In this document: in pieces, positions 1-8,887 of the stretch
Numbering within the stretch: the first letter of the stretch is position 1
Layout of the letters: each line of letters starts with the position of its first letter
Origin: an uncultured bacterium
Lineage (GTDB): Bacteria; Patescibacteriota; Microgenomatia; UBA1400; PJMF01
DNA: 33,098 bases
Direction of reading: 5' to 3'
NCBI GenBank assembly: GCA_903891335.1
Contig: CAITDX010000044.1
Coordinates: 1-33,098 of the forward strand
Position numbers and translations under genes: made by a program
Notes under the pieces: generated by a model
The model's database searches: none
What the model saw: the letters and a program-made list of their open reading frames with translations, nothing else
Told to the model about the DNA's origin: nothing

Positions 1-861
1 AATAAACAAAATCAAAACAACTGAACTAAAAAGCAAGTAAGGAATGTCAAATTGCACCAGCGAACGATCGATCTCCCACCCACTAATGCTCGCTCCAAGG
101 CCCATCGCTACCGCAATGTTAACAACCGTCCCCCCAATTACATTACCGAGTGACAAAGCACTGGCACCGCGCAAAGCAGCACTAATTGCTACCACAATCT
201 CAGGTAAACTTGCCCCCAAACCGATTAAAAGTACGCCCACCGTCGCCTCACTCAAGCCAAGCTGACTCGCCAAGACTACGCCTTTGGCCAACACCACTTC
301 TGAGGATTTGGCAATAATCAGCAAACCTAATAAAAGTTGGGTCACATCTACGAAGCGAAGGCGGCGGCGCAATAATTTCCGCTTAAGCTTGTGCGCCGCC
401 GCCTCCAAAATATTCCGTCGACTAAGAAATGCCAAATACACAATGTACGCCAACACAAAAACAACACCTTCAGCTCGTGAAATCATCCCATCTCGACTGA
501 GAACATAAAAGGCTAAAATCGTTGCAATTGTCAGTGTTGAATCAAAGAATACTGTTTGCTTGCGAAAAATCACTGCCTTAAACAAGCCAGAAACTGCCAC
601 AATTAAAACCAACTGATTCATTGAGGCTCCAATTGCATTACCTACCACAATATTCGAATTATCTTGACCACCTAGCTTCTGCAGCGCCCCCATGACTGAA
701 ACCGTTATCTCGGGAAAACTTGTCCCTAAGGCCAAAATCGTCATCCCAATAAACCCCTCCGACATCGCCATCGAACGAGCAATGCGCAGAGCAGCCTTGG
801 TAATCAAATTTGCCCCCAGCCACAGACACACTAGGCTTAAAAAGAAAATGGACAGAGTCAT
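1..861 (-). CDS. Calcium/sodium antiporter (CaCA/YrbG family), 3' end outside the window
   Basis: Not in the ORF track. Manual translation from ATG 861: MTLSIFFLSLVCLWLGANLITKAALRIARSMAMSEGFIGMTILALGTSFPE..., with the alpha-repeat GTSxPE motif and GNAIGAS; very hydrophobic. Confidence 0.9.
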   Translation of the reverse strand, partial: MTLSIFFLSLVCLWLGANLITKAALRIARSMAMSEGFIGMTILALGTSFPEITVSVMGALQKLGGQDNSNIVVGNAIGASMNQLVLIVAVSGLFKAVIFRKQTVFFDSTLTIATILAFYVLSRDGMISRAEGVVFVLAYIVYLAFLSRRNILEAAAHKLKRKLLRRRLRFVDVTQLLLGLLIIAKSSEVVLAKGVVLASQLGLSEATVGVLLIGLGASLPEIVVAISAALRGASALSLGNVIGGTVVNIAVAMGLGASISGWEIDRSLVQFDIPYLLFSSVVLILFI

Positions 862-939
862 CAACTATTAATTAAAACAGAAATAAACCGGAAAACATAG
901 CAACAAGACTATGTTTTGGCGACACCTACTGACTTGCCA

Positions 940-968
940 TTGACTTATTGCAACTAAGTTGCAATAAT
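940..968 (+). promoter_or_regulatory. Promoter with overlapping Zur/Fur-type operator
   Basis: TTGACT (940-945), 17 bp, AATAAT (963-968); perfect inverted repeat TTATTGCAAC-TAA-GTTGCAATAA (945-967) directly before the regulator ATG. Confidence 0.8.
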
Positions 969-974
969 ATCCAC

Positions 975-1382
975 ATGTCAGCGAATCTACAGCAACAACT
1001 GCAGCATCGAGGCCACCGTCTAACCAAACAACGCCAGGCGATTCTAGCGATCCTCAGTCATACCCCACAAAGCGTAGCAATGATTCGCCACACTCTTCAT
1101 GAACAAGGTTTTCATTTCGATAAAACTACCATTTATCGCAACCTCCATAGCCTAGTTCAGCATGGTTTGGTTCTCGCCACGAAACTGCAAGATGACGGCC
1201 TGTATTATGAATTAGCTAGCCACCATCACCACCATCACGTCCAGTGTCAAAACTGCGGCAGAATCGAAGATATTGAGCTAGACGAGCACGCTCTCCTACA
1301 AAATGCAGCCGCTCACAGCACATTCGCTATTAAACAACATCAATTAGAATTTTTTGGGATTTGTCCTCAGTGTCAATCGTAG
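975..1382 (+). CDS. zur: Fur-family repressor, probably Zur
   Basis: RLTKQRQAIL, TTIYRNL, HHHHHHVQCQNCG and GICPQC motifs; first gene of a znuACB operon. Confidence 0.88.
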   Translation: MSANLQQQLQHRGHRLTKQRQAILAILSHTPQSVAMIRHTLHEQGFHFDKTTIYRNLHSLVQHGLVLATKLQDDGLYYELASHHHHHHVQCQNCGRIEDIELDEHALLQNAAAHSTFAIKQHQLEFFGICPQCQS

Positions 1383-1401
1383 CCTTACGAAATTAGTAAC
1401 T

Positions 1402-2373
1402 ATGCAAAAGAAAATTAGCATTATCATCTTACTTGCTCTCAGTGTCATCGGAGCTTGGTTTTTTGGCCGCATGCTCACAAGCACATCACAAATAGCACAG
1501 CCAACACCCTCAGCAACAAGCGACCAGCTCCAAATATACACAAGTTTTTATCCACTTTATTTCTTCACTACTGAAATTGTTGGTGACAAAGCGCAGGTAC
1601 ATAACCTGACTCAAGCAGGCGTTGAACCCCATGATTTCGAACCCGGCACGCAAGATTTAAGGCAGCTGAGTCAAGCCGACTTAGTCATTGGTAATGGACT
1701 TGGTTTCGAGCCATGGCTCGAGAAATTTGCCGAAAACATTCCTCAAGAAAAACTGATTCTTGCTAGTGATGAGATAACAGACACCCTCATTACGTCGGCA
1801 GACTTAGAAGGAGAACACAAAATAGACGAAGATCACGCCAAAGTCGGAACTGACCCTCACGTCTGGCTCGACCCAACTCTCGCCAGTAAACAAGTCGCAC
1901 TGATTAGCACCAAACTCCAAACACTTGATCCAAAGAATGCTTCACTCTATCAAGAAAACACCATGGTTTTACAACAAAAACTACAAACACTTGACCAACA
2001 GTTTCAACAAGGCTTGGCAAGTTGCCAATTGGACCACATTATTACCGCACATCAGGCGTTTGCCTATCTAGCTGCTCGCTATGGATTTAAACAACTCAGC
2101 ATCCTTGGCCTTAATCCAGAGGAAGAACCCAGTCCCAAGGCACTCGCTGAGCTCACACAACTAGCCAAAGACTATGCAATAACCCATGTTTTCTTCGAAA
2201 CTGCTTTGAGTTCAAGGTTAGCTGAGACTCTAGCGCAAGAAGTTGGTGCAAAGACACTTGTTTTCAACCCTCTCGAAAACTTAAGCATGGAAGAGCTACA
2301 AACAGGCACTAACTACTTCAGTGTGCAAGAAAAAAATCTGGCACATCTGCGCCAAGCTCTCAACTGCCAATAA
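1402..2373 (+). CDS. znuA: Zinc ABC transporter substrate-binding protein
   Basis: N-terminal membrane anchor; EPHDFEP, DPHVWLDP, AHQAFAYLA motifs. Confidence 0.92.
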   Translation: MQKKISIIILLALSVIGAWFFGRMLTSTSQIAQPTPSATSDQLQIYTSFYPLYFFTTEIVGDKAQVHNLTQAGVEPHDFEPGTQDLRQLSQADLVIGNGLGFEPWLEKFAENIPQEKLILASDEITDTLITSADLEGEHKIDEDHAKVGTDPHVWLDPTLASKQVALISTKLQTLDPKNASLYQENTMVLQQKLQTLDQQFQQGLASCQLDHIITAHQAFAYLAARYGFKQLSILGLNPEEEPSPKALAELTQLAKDYAITHVFFETALSSRLAETLAQEVGAKTLVFNPLENLSMEELQTGTNYFSVQEKNLAHLRQALNCQ

Positions 2374-2383
2374 CACACTATAT

Positions 2384-3094
2384 ATGTCTACACCCATTAT
2401 TGAACTCAAGCACGTTAGTTATCGCTACCAACAAGAACTCGTTTTGCGTGATGTTTCTCTCCAAGTTAAAAGTGGAGATTTTCTAGGATTAGTGGGACCA
2501 AATGGAGGAGGCAAGAGCACGTTGCTGAAACTCATCCTTGGTTTACTACCATTACAAACCGGCGCGTTGCAACTCTTCGGACAGAAGCAGCAACAGTTTC
2601 GTGATTGGCATAAAATTGGTTATGTTGCACAACGAAGCTTCATCAAGCACGCACAACCAGTCACTGTCACAGAAGTTCTAGAAATGACTGGCGCTTCTGC
2701 AAGTGAAATCATGCGCGCCCTAGAACTAGTCGATTTGCTCAATCAAAAGCACAAAAACATCGCTGAGCTCTCTGGTGGTCAAGAACAACGAGTATTTATC
2801 GCTCGCGCGCTACTAAATCAACCACAACTTCTCATCCTTGATGAGCCAACCGTAGGCGTTGATCAGAAATCACAAAACTCCTTTTACGAATTACTCAACC
2901 ACCTCAATCAAGCCCATCAACTCAGCATTATCTTGGTTTCTCATGAAGTTGACCTAATCAGTTCCAGTGTCAAAAACCTTGCTTGCATCAATCAATCTTT
3001 GCTCTATCATGGCCATCCTGATGCGCTTCGTGACGAGCAGCTGATTAGCAAAGTCTATGGCAGCAAACAGCAATTAATCACCCATCACCACTAA
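2384..3094 (+). CDS. znuC: Zinc ABC transporter ATP-binding protein
   Basis: Walker A GPNGGGKST, signature LSGGQ, Walker B LILDEPT. Confidence 0.92.
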   Translation: MSTPIIELKHVSYRYQQELVLRDVSLQVKSGDFLGLVGPNGGGKSTLLKLILGLLPLQTGALQLFGQKQQQFRDWHKIGYVAQRSFIKHAQPVTVTEVLEMTGASASEIMRALELVDLLNQKHKNIAELSGGQEQRVFIARALLNQPQLLILDEPTVGVDQKSQNSFYELLNHLNQAHQLSIILVSHEVDLISSSVKNLACINQSLLYHGHPDALRDEQLISKVYGSKQQLITHHH

Positions 3095-3097
3095 ACT

Positions 3098-3898
3098 ATG
3101 TTAGAAATTTTTACCTATGGCTTTATGAATCGCGCTCTGATTGCAGGCTTAATTGTGGCTTGCATTGCTCCGGCGATTGGCAATTTTCTGATGATGAAAA
3201 AATTATCACTGGTAGCCGACACGCTTTCACACATGGCACTCATTGGAGTGGCCATCGGCCTACTCACTAATCAAGAACCGATGTTTACCACGTTGCTTGT
3301 CACCATCGTTACTGCTTGGATTATCAATCAATTACAAGTCAATCGTCGTCTTGATGCACCTGCCATTCTCGCCATGCTCAATCCAACCGGCCTGGCGATT
3401 GCATTGATTTTGATTAGTCTAGCCAAAGGTTTTAATAGCAATCTTTTCAGTTATCTCTTTGGCAGCATTAGCACTGTCAGTCAGACTGAAATTTGGCCAA
3501 TTGCCGCGCTTGGACTCATCGTATTTGGCAGTATTACTTGGTTTTATCAAAAATTAGTGTTTACTGTTTTTGATCAAGAAGGAGCTCGGGTTAAGGGAAT
3601 TGCAGTTGACCACCTCAATTTACTACTAATGACGCTCACTGCCATCACTGTTGCCCTCAGCATGAAAGTGGTGGGAGCACTCCTAGTAAGTGCGCTCATG
3701 GTTATTCCCAGTATGACTGGGGCGTTGCTTGGAACGAGTTTCCGCCAGAGTTTTATCTATAGCCTAGTAGTATCAATGCTGGCTGTTTTTTTGGGATTGG
3801 TGCTGGCTTTTTATCTCAATTTACCTGCTGGCGCAACCATTGTTTTAGTTGCCCTTGGACTCTTTGCCGTCGCCTTTTTAGTCAAGCGCCGAAACTAG
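3098..3898 (+). CDS. znuB: Zinc ABC transporter permease
   Basis: ABC-3 motifs DTLSH, YLFGSI, VVGALLV; multi-pass membrane protein. Confidence 0.92.
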   Translation: MLEIFTYGFMNRALIAGLIVACIAPAIGNFLMMKKLSLVADTLSHMALIGVAIGLLTNQEPMFTTLLVTIVTAWIINQLQVNRRLDAPAILAMLNPTGLAIALILISLAKGFNSNLFSYLFGSISTVSQTEIWPIAALGLIVFGSITWFYQKLVFTVFDQEGARVKGIAVDHLNLLLMTLTAITVALSMKVVGALLVSALMVIPSMTGALLGTSFRQSFIYSLVVSMLAVFLGLVLAFYLNLPAGATIVLVALGLFAVAFLVKRRN

Positions 3899-4266
3899 TT
3901 TTGGTTTTTCTTTTGCATTTCCCGTTTAATTTCTTGGAGGCGAAAATCCAGGATTTTTTTCAATAATTCCTGAGGCACTGGCTTATCCAAGGGTAATTGA
4001 ATCGTTCCCTTAGAAGTTTTGTATATTTGTAATTCTTGCTGAAAATGAGCAATCGCAGCAGATCCAGGAAAAATTCCTAAGTGATTTTTAAATACCGCCA
4101 CATGCACCAAATGCTTGCCTGTCACATCAAAGGTGGGGATGCCATAACTCATGACTTCCTGAGCTGTTGGGGCAAGCTCATAAACCAGATTCTTAATAGT
4201 GTGCAATAACTTTTGAATGGTCGGCGAAAATGTTGCACTATATTCATCGAAAAGTGTTTGTGACAT
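3895..4266 (-). CDS. DUF1801/YdhG-like protein
   Basis: MSYGIPTF, FKNHLGIFP, TSKGTIQLPLDKP motifs; ATG 4266 lies 7 nt after TATAAT. Confidence 0.85.
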   Translation of the reverse strand: MSQTLFDEYSATFSPTIQKLLHTIKNLVYELAPTAQEVMSYGIPTFDVTGKHLVHVAVFKNHLGIFPGSAAIAHFQQELQIYKTSKGTIQLPLDKPVPQELLKKILDFRLQEIKREMQKKNQN

Positions 4267-4331
4267 AAATCCCATTATAAAGCCCTTTTTACCAGAAAAA
4301 TTCTCAAAATTTTAGATATAATGCGCAGGCA

Positions 4332-4778
4332 GTGGAAAGAAAAAAAATATACATCGATATAGAAGTATCTAAAATGCTTACCTTACTTCTAAGAGATTCG
4401 AATATCCCTGAGAAGGAAGTCGTTGATAGGCTTGGCGCAGAAATAGATGCCGAATTACATCCAGACGAAGATTCTCCTCGCTTATCAGCCAGTCAAATTG
4501 AAAAAAATATGAAAGATGGTGGAAAGCGGTATGATGAATTTTTCTTTGGCACACTCACTCGATTGGAAGATGGAACAACTGTCGATCTAGGAGTCAGTAA
4601 AATCATTGTCGCAGATTTGCTCGCTCAAGGTTTCTCTGAAGGAGAAGTGAGAGAACAAGTGGGAGAAACCATTTGGCTCTTAGTACAACCACCAAAGAAG
4701 GAAGAGGAAAAGAAAGAGAAGAAAAAAACAGTTGGAAAAAGAATTTGGGACCTCGGGAAAAAATTAATAAAAAAATAA
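4332..4778 (+). CDS. Hypothetical protein
   Basis: 148-aa ORF with Lys-rich tail; TATAAT 9 nt before the GTG; no recognised motif. Confidence 0.6.
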   Translation: MERKKIYIDIEVSKMLTLLLRDSNIPEKEVVDRLGAEIDAELHPDEDSPRLSASQIEKNMKDGGKRYDEFFFGTLTRLEDGTTVDLGVSKIIVADLLAQGFSEGEVREQVGETIWLLVQPPKKEEEKKEKKKTVGKRIWDLGKKLIKK

Positions 4779-4787
4779 GTTAGATGA

Positions 4788-4807
4788 TGGAGTGGGTGAC
4801 CAGAATC
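4788..4807 (-). repeat. Duplicated 3' end of tRNA-Gly (att-like direct repeat)
   Basis: 4790-4807 GAGTGGGTGACCAGAATC vs 5017-5034 GAGCGGGTGACCAGAATC (17/18); the copy reads ...CACCCACTCCA on the minus strand. Confidence 0.85.
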
Positions 4808-4882
4808 TGAGCTTGCTCACTTCGCCAGCATAATTTTCGTTTCACTACAATTATCGCGCTGGCTCTGGTTCCGCTTCCTCAT

Positions 4883-4938
4883 ATAACTAAGTATAGTGCA
4901 CCTCGCTTGTGCTCGTCTTGCACTATGTACTTAGTTAT
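4883..4938. repeat. Long imperfect inverted repeat
   Basis: ATAACTAAGTA-TAGTGCA ... TGCACTA-TG-TACTTAGTTAT: 18-bp stem with a 2-nt bulge. Confidence 0.8.
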
Positions 4939-4980
4939 CGAACTTAATAAAGCCCTCACTTTGCTTCATCACATTCAAAT

Positions 4981-5012
4981 AAAAAAAACGACTCTTTCGA
5001 GTCGTCTTTTTT
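4981..5012 (-). terminator. Intrinsic terminator after tRNA-Gly
   Basis: ACGACTC-TTTC-GAGTCGT hairpin flanked by A and T runs. Confidence 0.85.
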
Positions 5013-5017
5013 ATTTG

Positions 5018-5088
5018 AGCGGGTGACCAGAATCGAACTGGCTTCTTCTCCTTGGAAGGGAGACATACTACCGGTGTACTACACCCGC
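5018..5088 (-). tRNA. tRNA-Gly(TCC)
   Basis: GCGGGTG acceptor stem, anticodon arm TCTCC-CTTCCAA-GGAGA, T-loop TTCGATT; CCA not encoded. Confidence 0.96.
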
Positions 5089-5141
5089 GGTGGTCTACTA
5101 TACCAAAAAAGTAAACCAAAACAAACAGCCACATTTTACCT

Positions 5142-6182
5142 TCAAAAGGTGACTGCGTCAAAAGCACGTAATGCTTTTTGGACTGCAAACAGCTGAATAG
5201 TAGGGTTGCTACTAGCATCAAAAAAACTAAATGAAGCAAAGGGGCCAGGGCTACCTTTCATAATAAATGGCGTCACGGCTTTGACCCGAGAATCGATCCA
5301 AATATATCGAAGCGCATATAAATAATACTCAGACAAATAATAGTTGGTCAGATACGAAGATGCCCAGCCAGTTTCGGTAATAAAAACTTTGAAGTCATAG
5401 CCGGTTTTATTTTTAAGCCAAGTCAGTTCATGTAAAAATCCCCGCAATGAGTTTTGGCCAGTACGCTTGGGTGAGGCAGCAAAATCTGGATTGGGATATG
5501 AGTGTGAGTTCCAATAGTCAATCGTGTCAAAGATATCAGGATCGAAATGTACCATACTCTCCAAATAGGCGAAAGCTTCCCGAGTATCTGCAGTATTACT
5601 CGCTGCCAAATCCATCGCTGCTGGCAAAATTCTAAAGTTTCGCTCCTCAGAACGGAACCAATCGCTGGTAAAACGCAAAATTGACGCATAGAGGAGAGGA
5701 TCGAGTCTATTACCCCATTCTTTGGCATGATTAACTTCATTGAAAACAATCACAAATTTCTCATCCTGACGCCAATCCAAACTCGATAAAAAACGAGCTA
5801 AGTCAGTAATATCGCGTCGCGTCGGAATTTCCCAGGCTCCAATTTCAGGGTTGAAGCGCGTGCTTAAGCGTACAATAGGGATGAGCTTGAGTCGGTAAGC
5901 CTCGTCAAAGAATTGTTGCCACTCAGTCCGCTTACTCAAATCATCTAAAGTTACGGGAATAGTCACATAGCGCCATTCCTCATCTGTATATACTCGACGA
6001 ACATCAGCAATTTCACCCGGATGCAAAATATGCATGCCTAAGACATTACCTGTGTTAGCATTTGCTGCAGAAGGCCAAAACAAAGTTGCGCTCAAAAACC
6101 ATAAGGATAAGCCCACTCCAACACTCATGTAAGTGCGAAAAATCCCGGCTATATGAGTCAATTTTGATTGATAATTAGGCAT
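5142..6182 (-). CDS. Exported glycoside hydrolase, clan GH-A-like
   Basis: Signal/TM segment; FNEVNH (acid/base), HSYP and ITETGW (nucleophile) motifs. Confidence 0.75.
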   Translation of the reverse strand: MPNYQSKLTHIAGIFRTYMSVGVGLSLWFLSATLFWPSAANANTGNVLGMHILHPGEIADVRRVYTDEEWRYVTIPVTLDDLSKRTEWQQFFDEAYRLKLIPIVRLSTRFNPEIGAWEIPTRRDITDLARFLSSLDWRQDEKFVIVFNEVNHAKEWGNRLDPLLYASILRFTSDWFRSEERNFRILPAAMDLAASNTADTREAFAYLESMVHFDPDIFDTIDYWNSHSYPNPDFAASPKRTGQNSLRGFLHELTWLKNKTGYDFKVFITETGWASSYLTNYYLSEYYLYALRYIWIDSRVKAVTPFIMKGSPGPFASFSFFDASSNPTIQLFAVQKALRAFDAVTF

Positions 6183-6226
6183 TTTTATTCACTTATTTTA
6201 GCATAAATGGTATACTAAAAAAAGAG

Positions 6227-6898
6227 ATGCAAAAGTTCTTCTTTGTTTTTAGTTGGTTTTTAGTATCAGCTGCAGCAGTACTTGTTGGTGCTTCAGCATA
6301 TAGTTTTTATTTCCTAGCCCAAGCCAATGGCGCACCCTCTCGCTTCGAAGGAACACAGCTGCAAAAAATTGCTGCTGCCAACCCAGCCAACCAAGGTGAT
6401 AGCCTACTGGTCACCACGATCATCGAGAGTGAAGATGCTCGAGCGGAACTCGTAGCTAAGTTTCTCGAACGTCACAACTCACCCATGCAACCTTATGATT
6501 ACTATGGTCGCAAACTAGTTGAAATTGCTGATCGCTATCATATTGACTTCCGCCTCCTGCCAGCCATTGCCATGCAGGAATCCAATCTCTGCCGCAATAC
6601 CAACCCCGGAGCTCCCAACAATTGTCTTGGCTTTGGGATTCATAAACGCGGCACCCTCGACTTTGATAGCTATGAGGCAGGTTTCGAGCGAGCCGGGAGA
6701 GAATTGAAAGCCTATTACATTGACCGTGGCTTGACTACTGTCGAGCTCATCGAGAGCAAATACACTCCTAGCAGCAATGGCTCCTGGGCCAGTTCAGTCA
6801 ATCAATGGATGGCGGAAATGCGCTATGACGATCGCCAGTTGGGGAGAGAACTCAAAGACAACACCAGCGTCACTGAATTTGCCAAACCAAGTCCTTAG
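6227..6898 (+). CDS. Exported lysozyme-fold (glucosaminidase/lytic transglycosylase-like) protein
   Basis: N-terminal TM; DFRLLPAIAMQES, NNCLGFG, KYTP..W motifs. Confidence 0.7.
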   Translation: MQKFFFVFSWFLVSAAAVLVGASAYSFYFLAQANGAPSRFEGTQLQKIAAANPANQGDSLLVTTIIESEDARAELVAKFLERHNSPMQPYDYYGRKLVEIADRYHIDFRLLPAIAMQESNLCRNTNPGAPNNCLGFGIHKRGTLDFDSYEAGFERAGRELKAYYIDRGLTTVELIESKYTPSSNGSWASSVNQWMAEMRYDDRQLGRELKDNTSVTEFAKPSP

Positions 6899-6953
6899 GG
6901 CCGTGTCTTAGACAACCATCTACTTGAGTTGTTTTGATCTATTTTATTTACTA

Positions 6954-6981
6954 TTGATTATCTTATAATATTTGATATAAT
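6954..6981 (+). promoter_or_regulatory. Sigma70 promoter with no downstream ORF
   Basis: TTGATT (6954-6959), 16 bp, extended -10 TGaTATAAT (6973-6981). Confidence 0.55.
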
Positions 6982-6987
6982 ACCCAT

Positions 6988-7064
6988 TAACTCAGAAGGT
7001 TATTCCTCACCGGGATTTACGTTCTGAGATCAAAACATCCCACTAAAAAATGGTGGGATTTTTT
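6988..7064 (+). ncRNA. Candidate small RNA
   Basis: Promoter, then hairpin CTCAGAA...TTCTGAG, then terminator-like hairpin; no ORF. Confidence 0.4.
7037..7064 (+). terminator. Intrinsic terminator (possibly bidirectional)
   Basis: ATCCCAC-N9-GTGGGAT followed by TTTTT. Confidence 0.65.
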
Positions 7065-7091
7065 GTGAAAGGTCAAAAAATGTCAGAAAGA

Positions 7092-7346
7092 CTAGGAAAA
7101 TTGCAGTTTTTCAGTAACTCTCCTCAAAAGATCATTGAGAAAAGCATCATTTTTTAAACCAATTCGCTTGACATATTCTTCCCAAACAGCTCTGTGCTTT
7201 TTTGCTTCAGCTACAATTGCATTAAAACACTCACCTTGATCCTGTCTCTCCATCAACACCGAAACTCGATAGTGACCAATTTTCTGGTTAACCAAGTTGG
7301 TGCATAGATCAAGAGGTGATAAAAGCTCTAATGGTTCTTCCGTCAT
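7092..7346 (-). CDS. Hypothetical protein (84 aa)
   Basis: ORF MTEEPLELL... starting just after tRNA-Leu; the longer track start overlaps the tRNA. Confidence 0.55.
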   Translation of the reverse strand: MTEEPLELLSPLDLCTNLVNQKIGHYRVSVLMERQDQGECFNAIVAEAKKHRAVWEEYVKRIGLKNDAFLNDLLRRVTEKLQFS

Positions 7347-7374
7347 AATAAAAAACAATCGTAATAATCGATTG

Positions 7375-7455
7375 TGCCGAAGAGAGGACTTGAACCTCCA
7401 TGGATTACTCCACACGCTCCTAAGACGTGCGCGTCTACCATTCCGCCACTTCGGC
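7375..7455 (-). tRNA. tRNA-Leu(TAG)
   Basis: GCCGAAG acceptor stem, anticodon loop CTTAGGA, long variable arm, GGTTCAAGTCC; CCA not encoded. Confidence 0.96.
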
Positions 7456-7501
7456 TCACATTGTTAAAAAACAGAAATACAATGCTATTATAAACGCTAG
7501 C

Positions 7502-8161
7502 ATGCTAGATTACCAAATCAAACGCTCGAGTCGTTCGCTCAATCTACGCATTAGCATCAACAGCCAAGCACAGGTGATTGTCACCGCCCCTTCATTCGTG
7601 CCCGAGTTTCTGATCAAACAATTTGTTCACAGTCAGCAAGCTTGGATCGAAAGCAATCTACAAAAGACTAAATCCAGACAACCTCAGCTTTCAACTGATC
7701 AAGTATATATTTTCCAAAACCGCTATCAACTAGTCTACGATCACCACGCCTCACACATGGGTATTCGCGTCGATGGTGACACCATCCAGATCAATAATTT
7801 AAGCCCTAAGTCTAAAAACACACTCAAACAACAGCTTGAAGCATTTCTCAAAAAAACTGCCCACAAATATATTGCTACTCGCACCAAAATACTGGCAGAC
7901 AAGATGAATATCACGTATCAAAAAATTACCCTCCGCGAGCAGGGAAGTCGCTGGGGGAGTTGCAGCTCGCTGGGGAATCTCAATTTCAATTGGCGACTCG
8001 TCCACTATCCACCAGAAGTAATTGACTATGTCATTATTCACGAGCTTGCTCATCGGGTCGAAATGAATCATAGTGCTGCCTTTTGGCGACTCGTTAAGCG
8101 CTATGATCCAGACTATTTGATTCATAAAGGACAATTGCGTCATAAACGCTATAATCAGTAG
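7502..8161 (+). CDS. YgjP/DUF45 family zinc-dependent metallopeptidase-like protein
   Basis: SRWGSCS, LNFNWRL, YVIIHELAH, NHSAAFW motifs. Confidence 0.9.
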   Translation: MLDYQIKRSSRSLNLRISINSQAQVIVTAPSFVPEFLIKQFVHSQQAWIESNLQKTKSRQPQLSTDQVYIFQNRYQLVYDHHASHMGIRVDGDTIQINNLSPKSKNTLKQQLEAFLKKTAHKYIATRTKILADKMNITYQKITLREQGSRWGSCSSLGNLNFNWRLVHYPPEVIDYVIIHELAHRVEMNHSAAFWRLVKRYDPDYLIHKGQLRHKRYNQ

Positions 8162-8172
8162 CGAAAACACTC

Positions 8173-8862
8173 ATGCTTACTCTTATCCATGGTGACAACC
8201 AGGTCGCCTCTCGCCAACAACTGCTTACCCTCGTAGAACGCGCCAAGCAGGTGGGGCGAACCGTGACAACTTTGGTTGCTGACAAGCTTGAGCGCAGCAC
8301 TCTAGAAACCGCTCTCTTAAGTACAAGTTTATTTGGGGAAGAGAAAACGATTGTGATTGAGGGTATATTTTCTTTACCCAAATCAAAGAAAAAAGATGAA
8401 CTCATCGAACTCATAACTACTGCAGATATTGATATTATTTTATGGGAGAAAAAAAGCCTCGGCAAACTCGATCAAAAAAAACTCCCAAACACCTGCGAAG
8501 TTTTTGAATACAAAGTCACGGTCAAATTATGGACTTTCCTCGACCAGCTCCAACCCAAAGCCTCGCATCAGCAGCAACTTCTCGAACTACTGCATGAAAG
8601 CATTGCGCATGAATCAGCTGAGTTTGTCTTGCTGATGCTCGCTCGCCAAATTCGTCTCCTTATCCAAGTCAAGGAAAATGCACCCAGTCTCAAACTTGCG
8701 CCATTTATGCTCACAAAACTGCGTAAACAAGCCCAAGCTTTTTCGCTCCCAGAATTACTCAATCTGCATCAGCAACTCTATCGCATCGATCAACACCAAA
8801 AACAATCAACCAGCCTTCTGAGCCTGGAGGCACAACTTGACCTTTTGGTAATTAATCTGTAG
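8173..8862 (+). CDS. holA: DNA polymerase III delta subunit (short, divergent)
   Basis: LIHGD, SLFGEEKTIVIE, MLARQIRLL and C-terminal LYRIDQHQK..LDLLV resemble HolA. Confidence 0.7.
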   Translation: MLTLIHGDNQVASRQQLLTLVERAKQVGRTVTTLVADKLERSTLETALLSTSLFGEEKTIVIEGIFSLPKSKKKDELIELITTADIDIILWEKKSLGKLDQKKLPNTCEVFEYKVTVKLWTFLDQLQPKASHQQQLLELLHESIAHESAEFVLLMLARQIRLLIQVKENAPSLKLAPFMLTKLRKQAQAFSLPELLNLHQQLYRIDQHQKQSTSLLSLEAQLDLLVINL

Positions 8863-8887
8863 ATTAGAGGCACAAAAGGAGGTACGC

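Noticed and set aside
44-508. Plus-strand ORFs 44-265 and 284-508
   Set aside because: Antisense shadows of the minus-strand Ca2+/Na+ antiporter
4931-5239. 102-aa minus-strand ORF
   Set aside because: Runs through tRNA-Gly and its terminator; spurious
6988-7064. SRP (4.5S) RNA identity
   Set aside because: Lacks the GGAA tetraloop and the CAGG/AGCA internal-loop motifs
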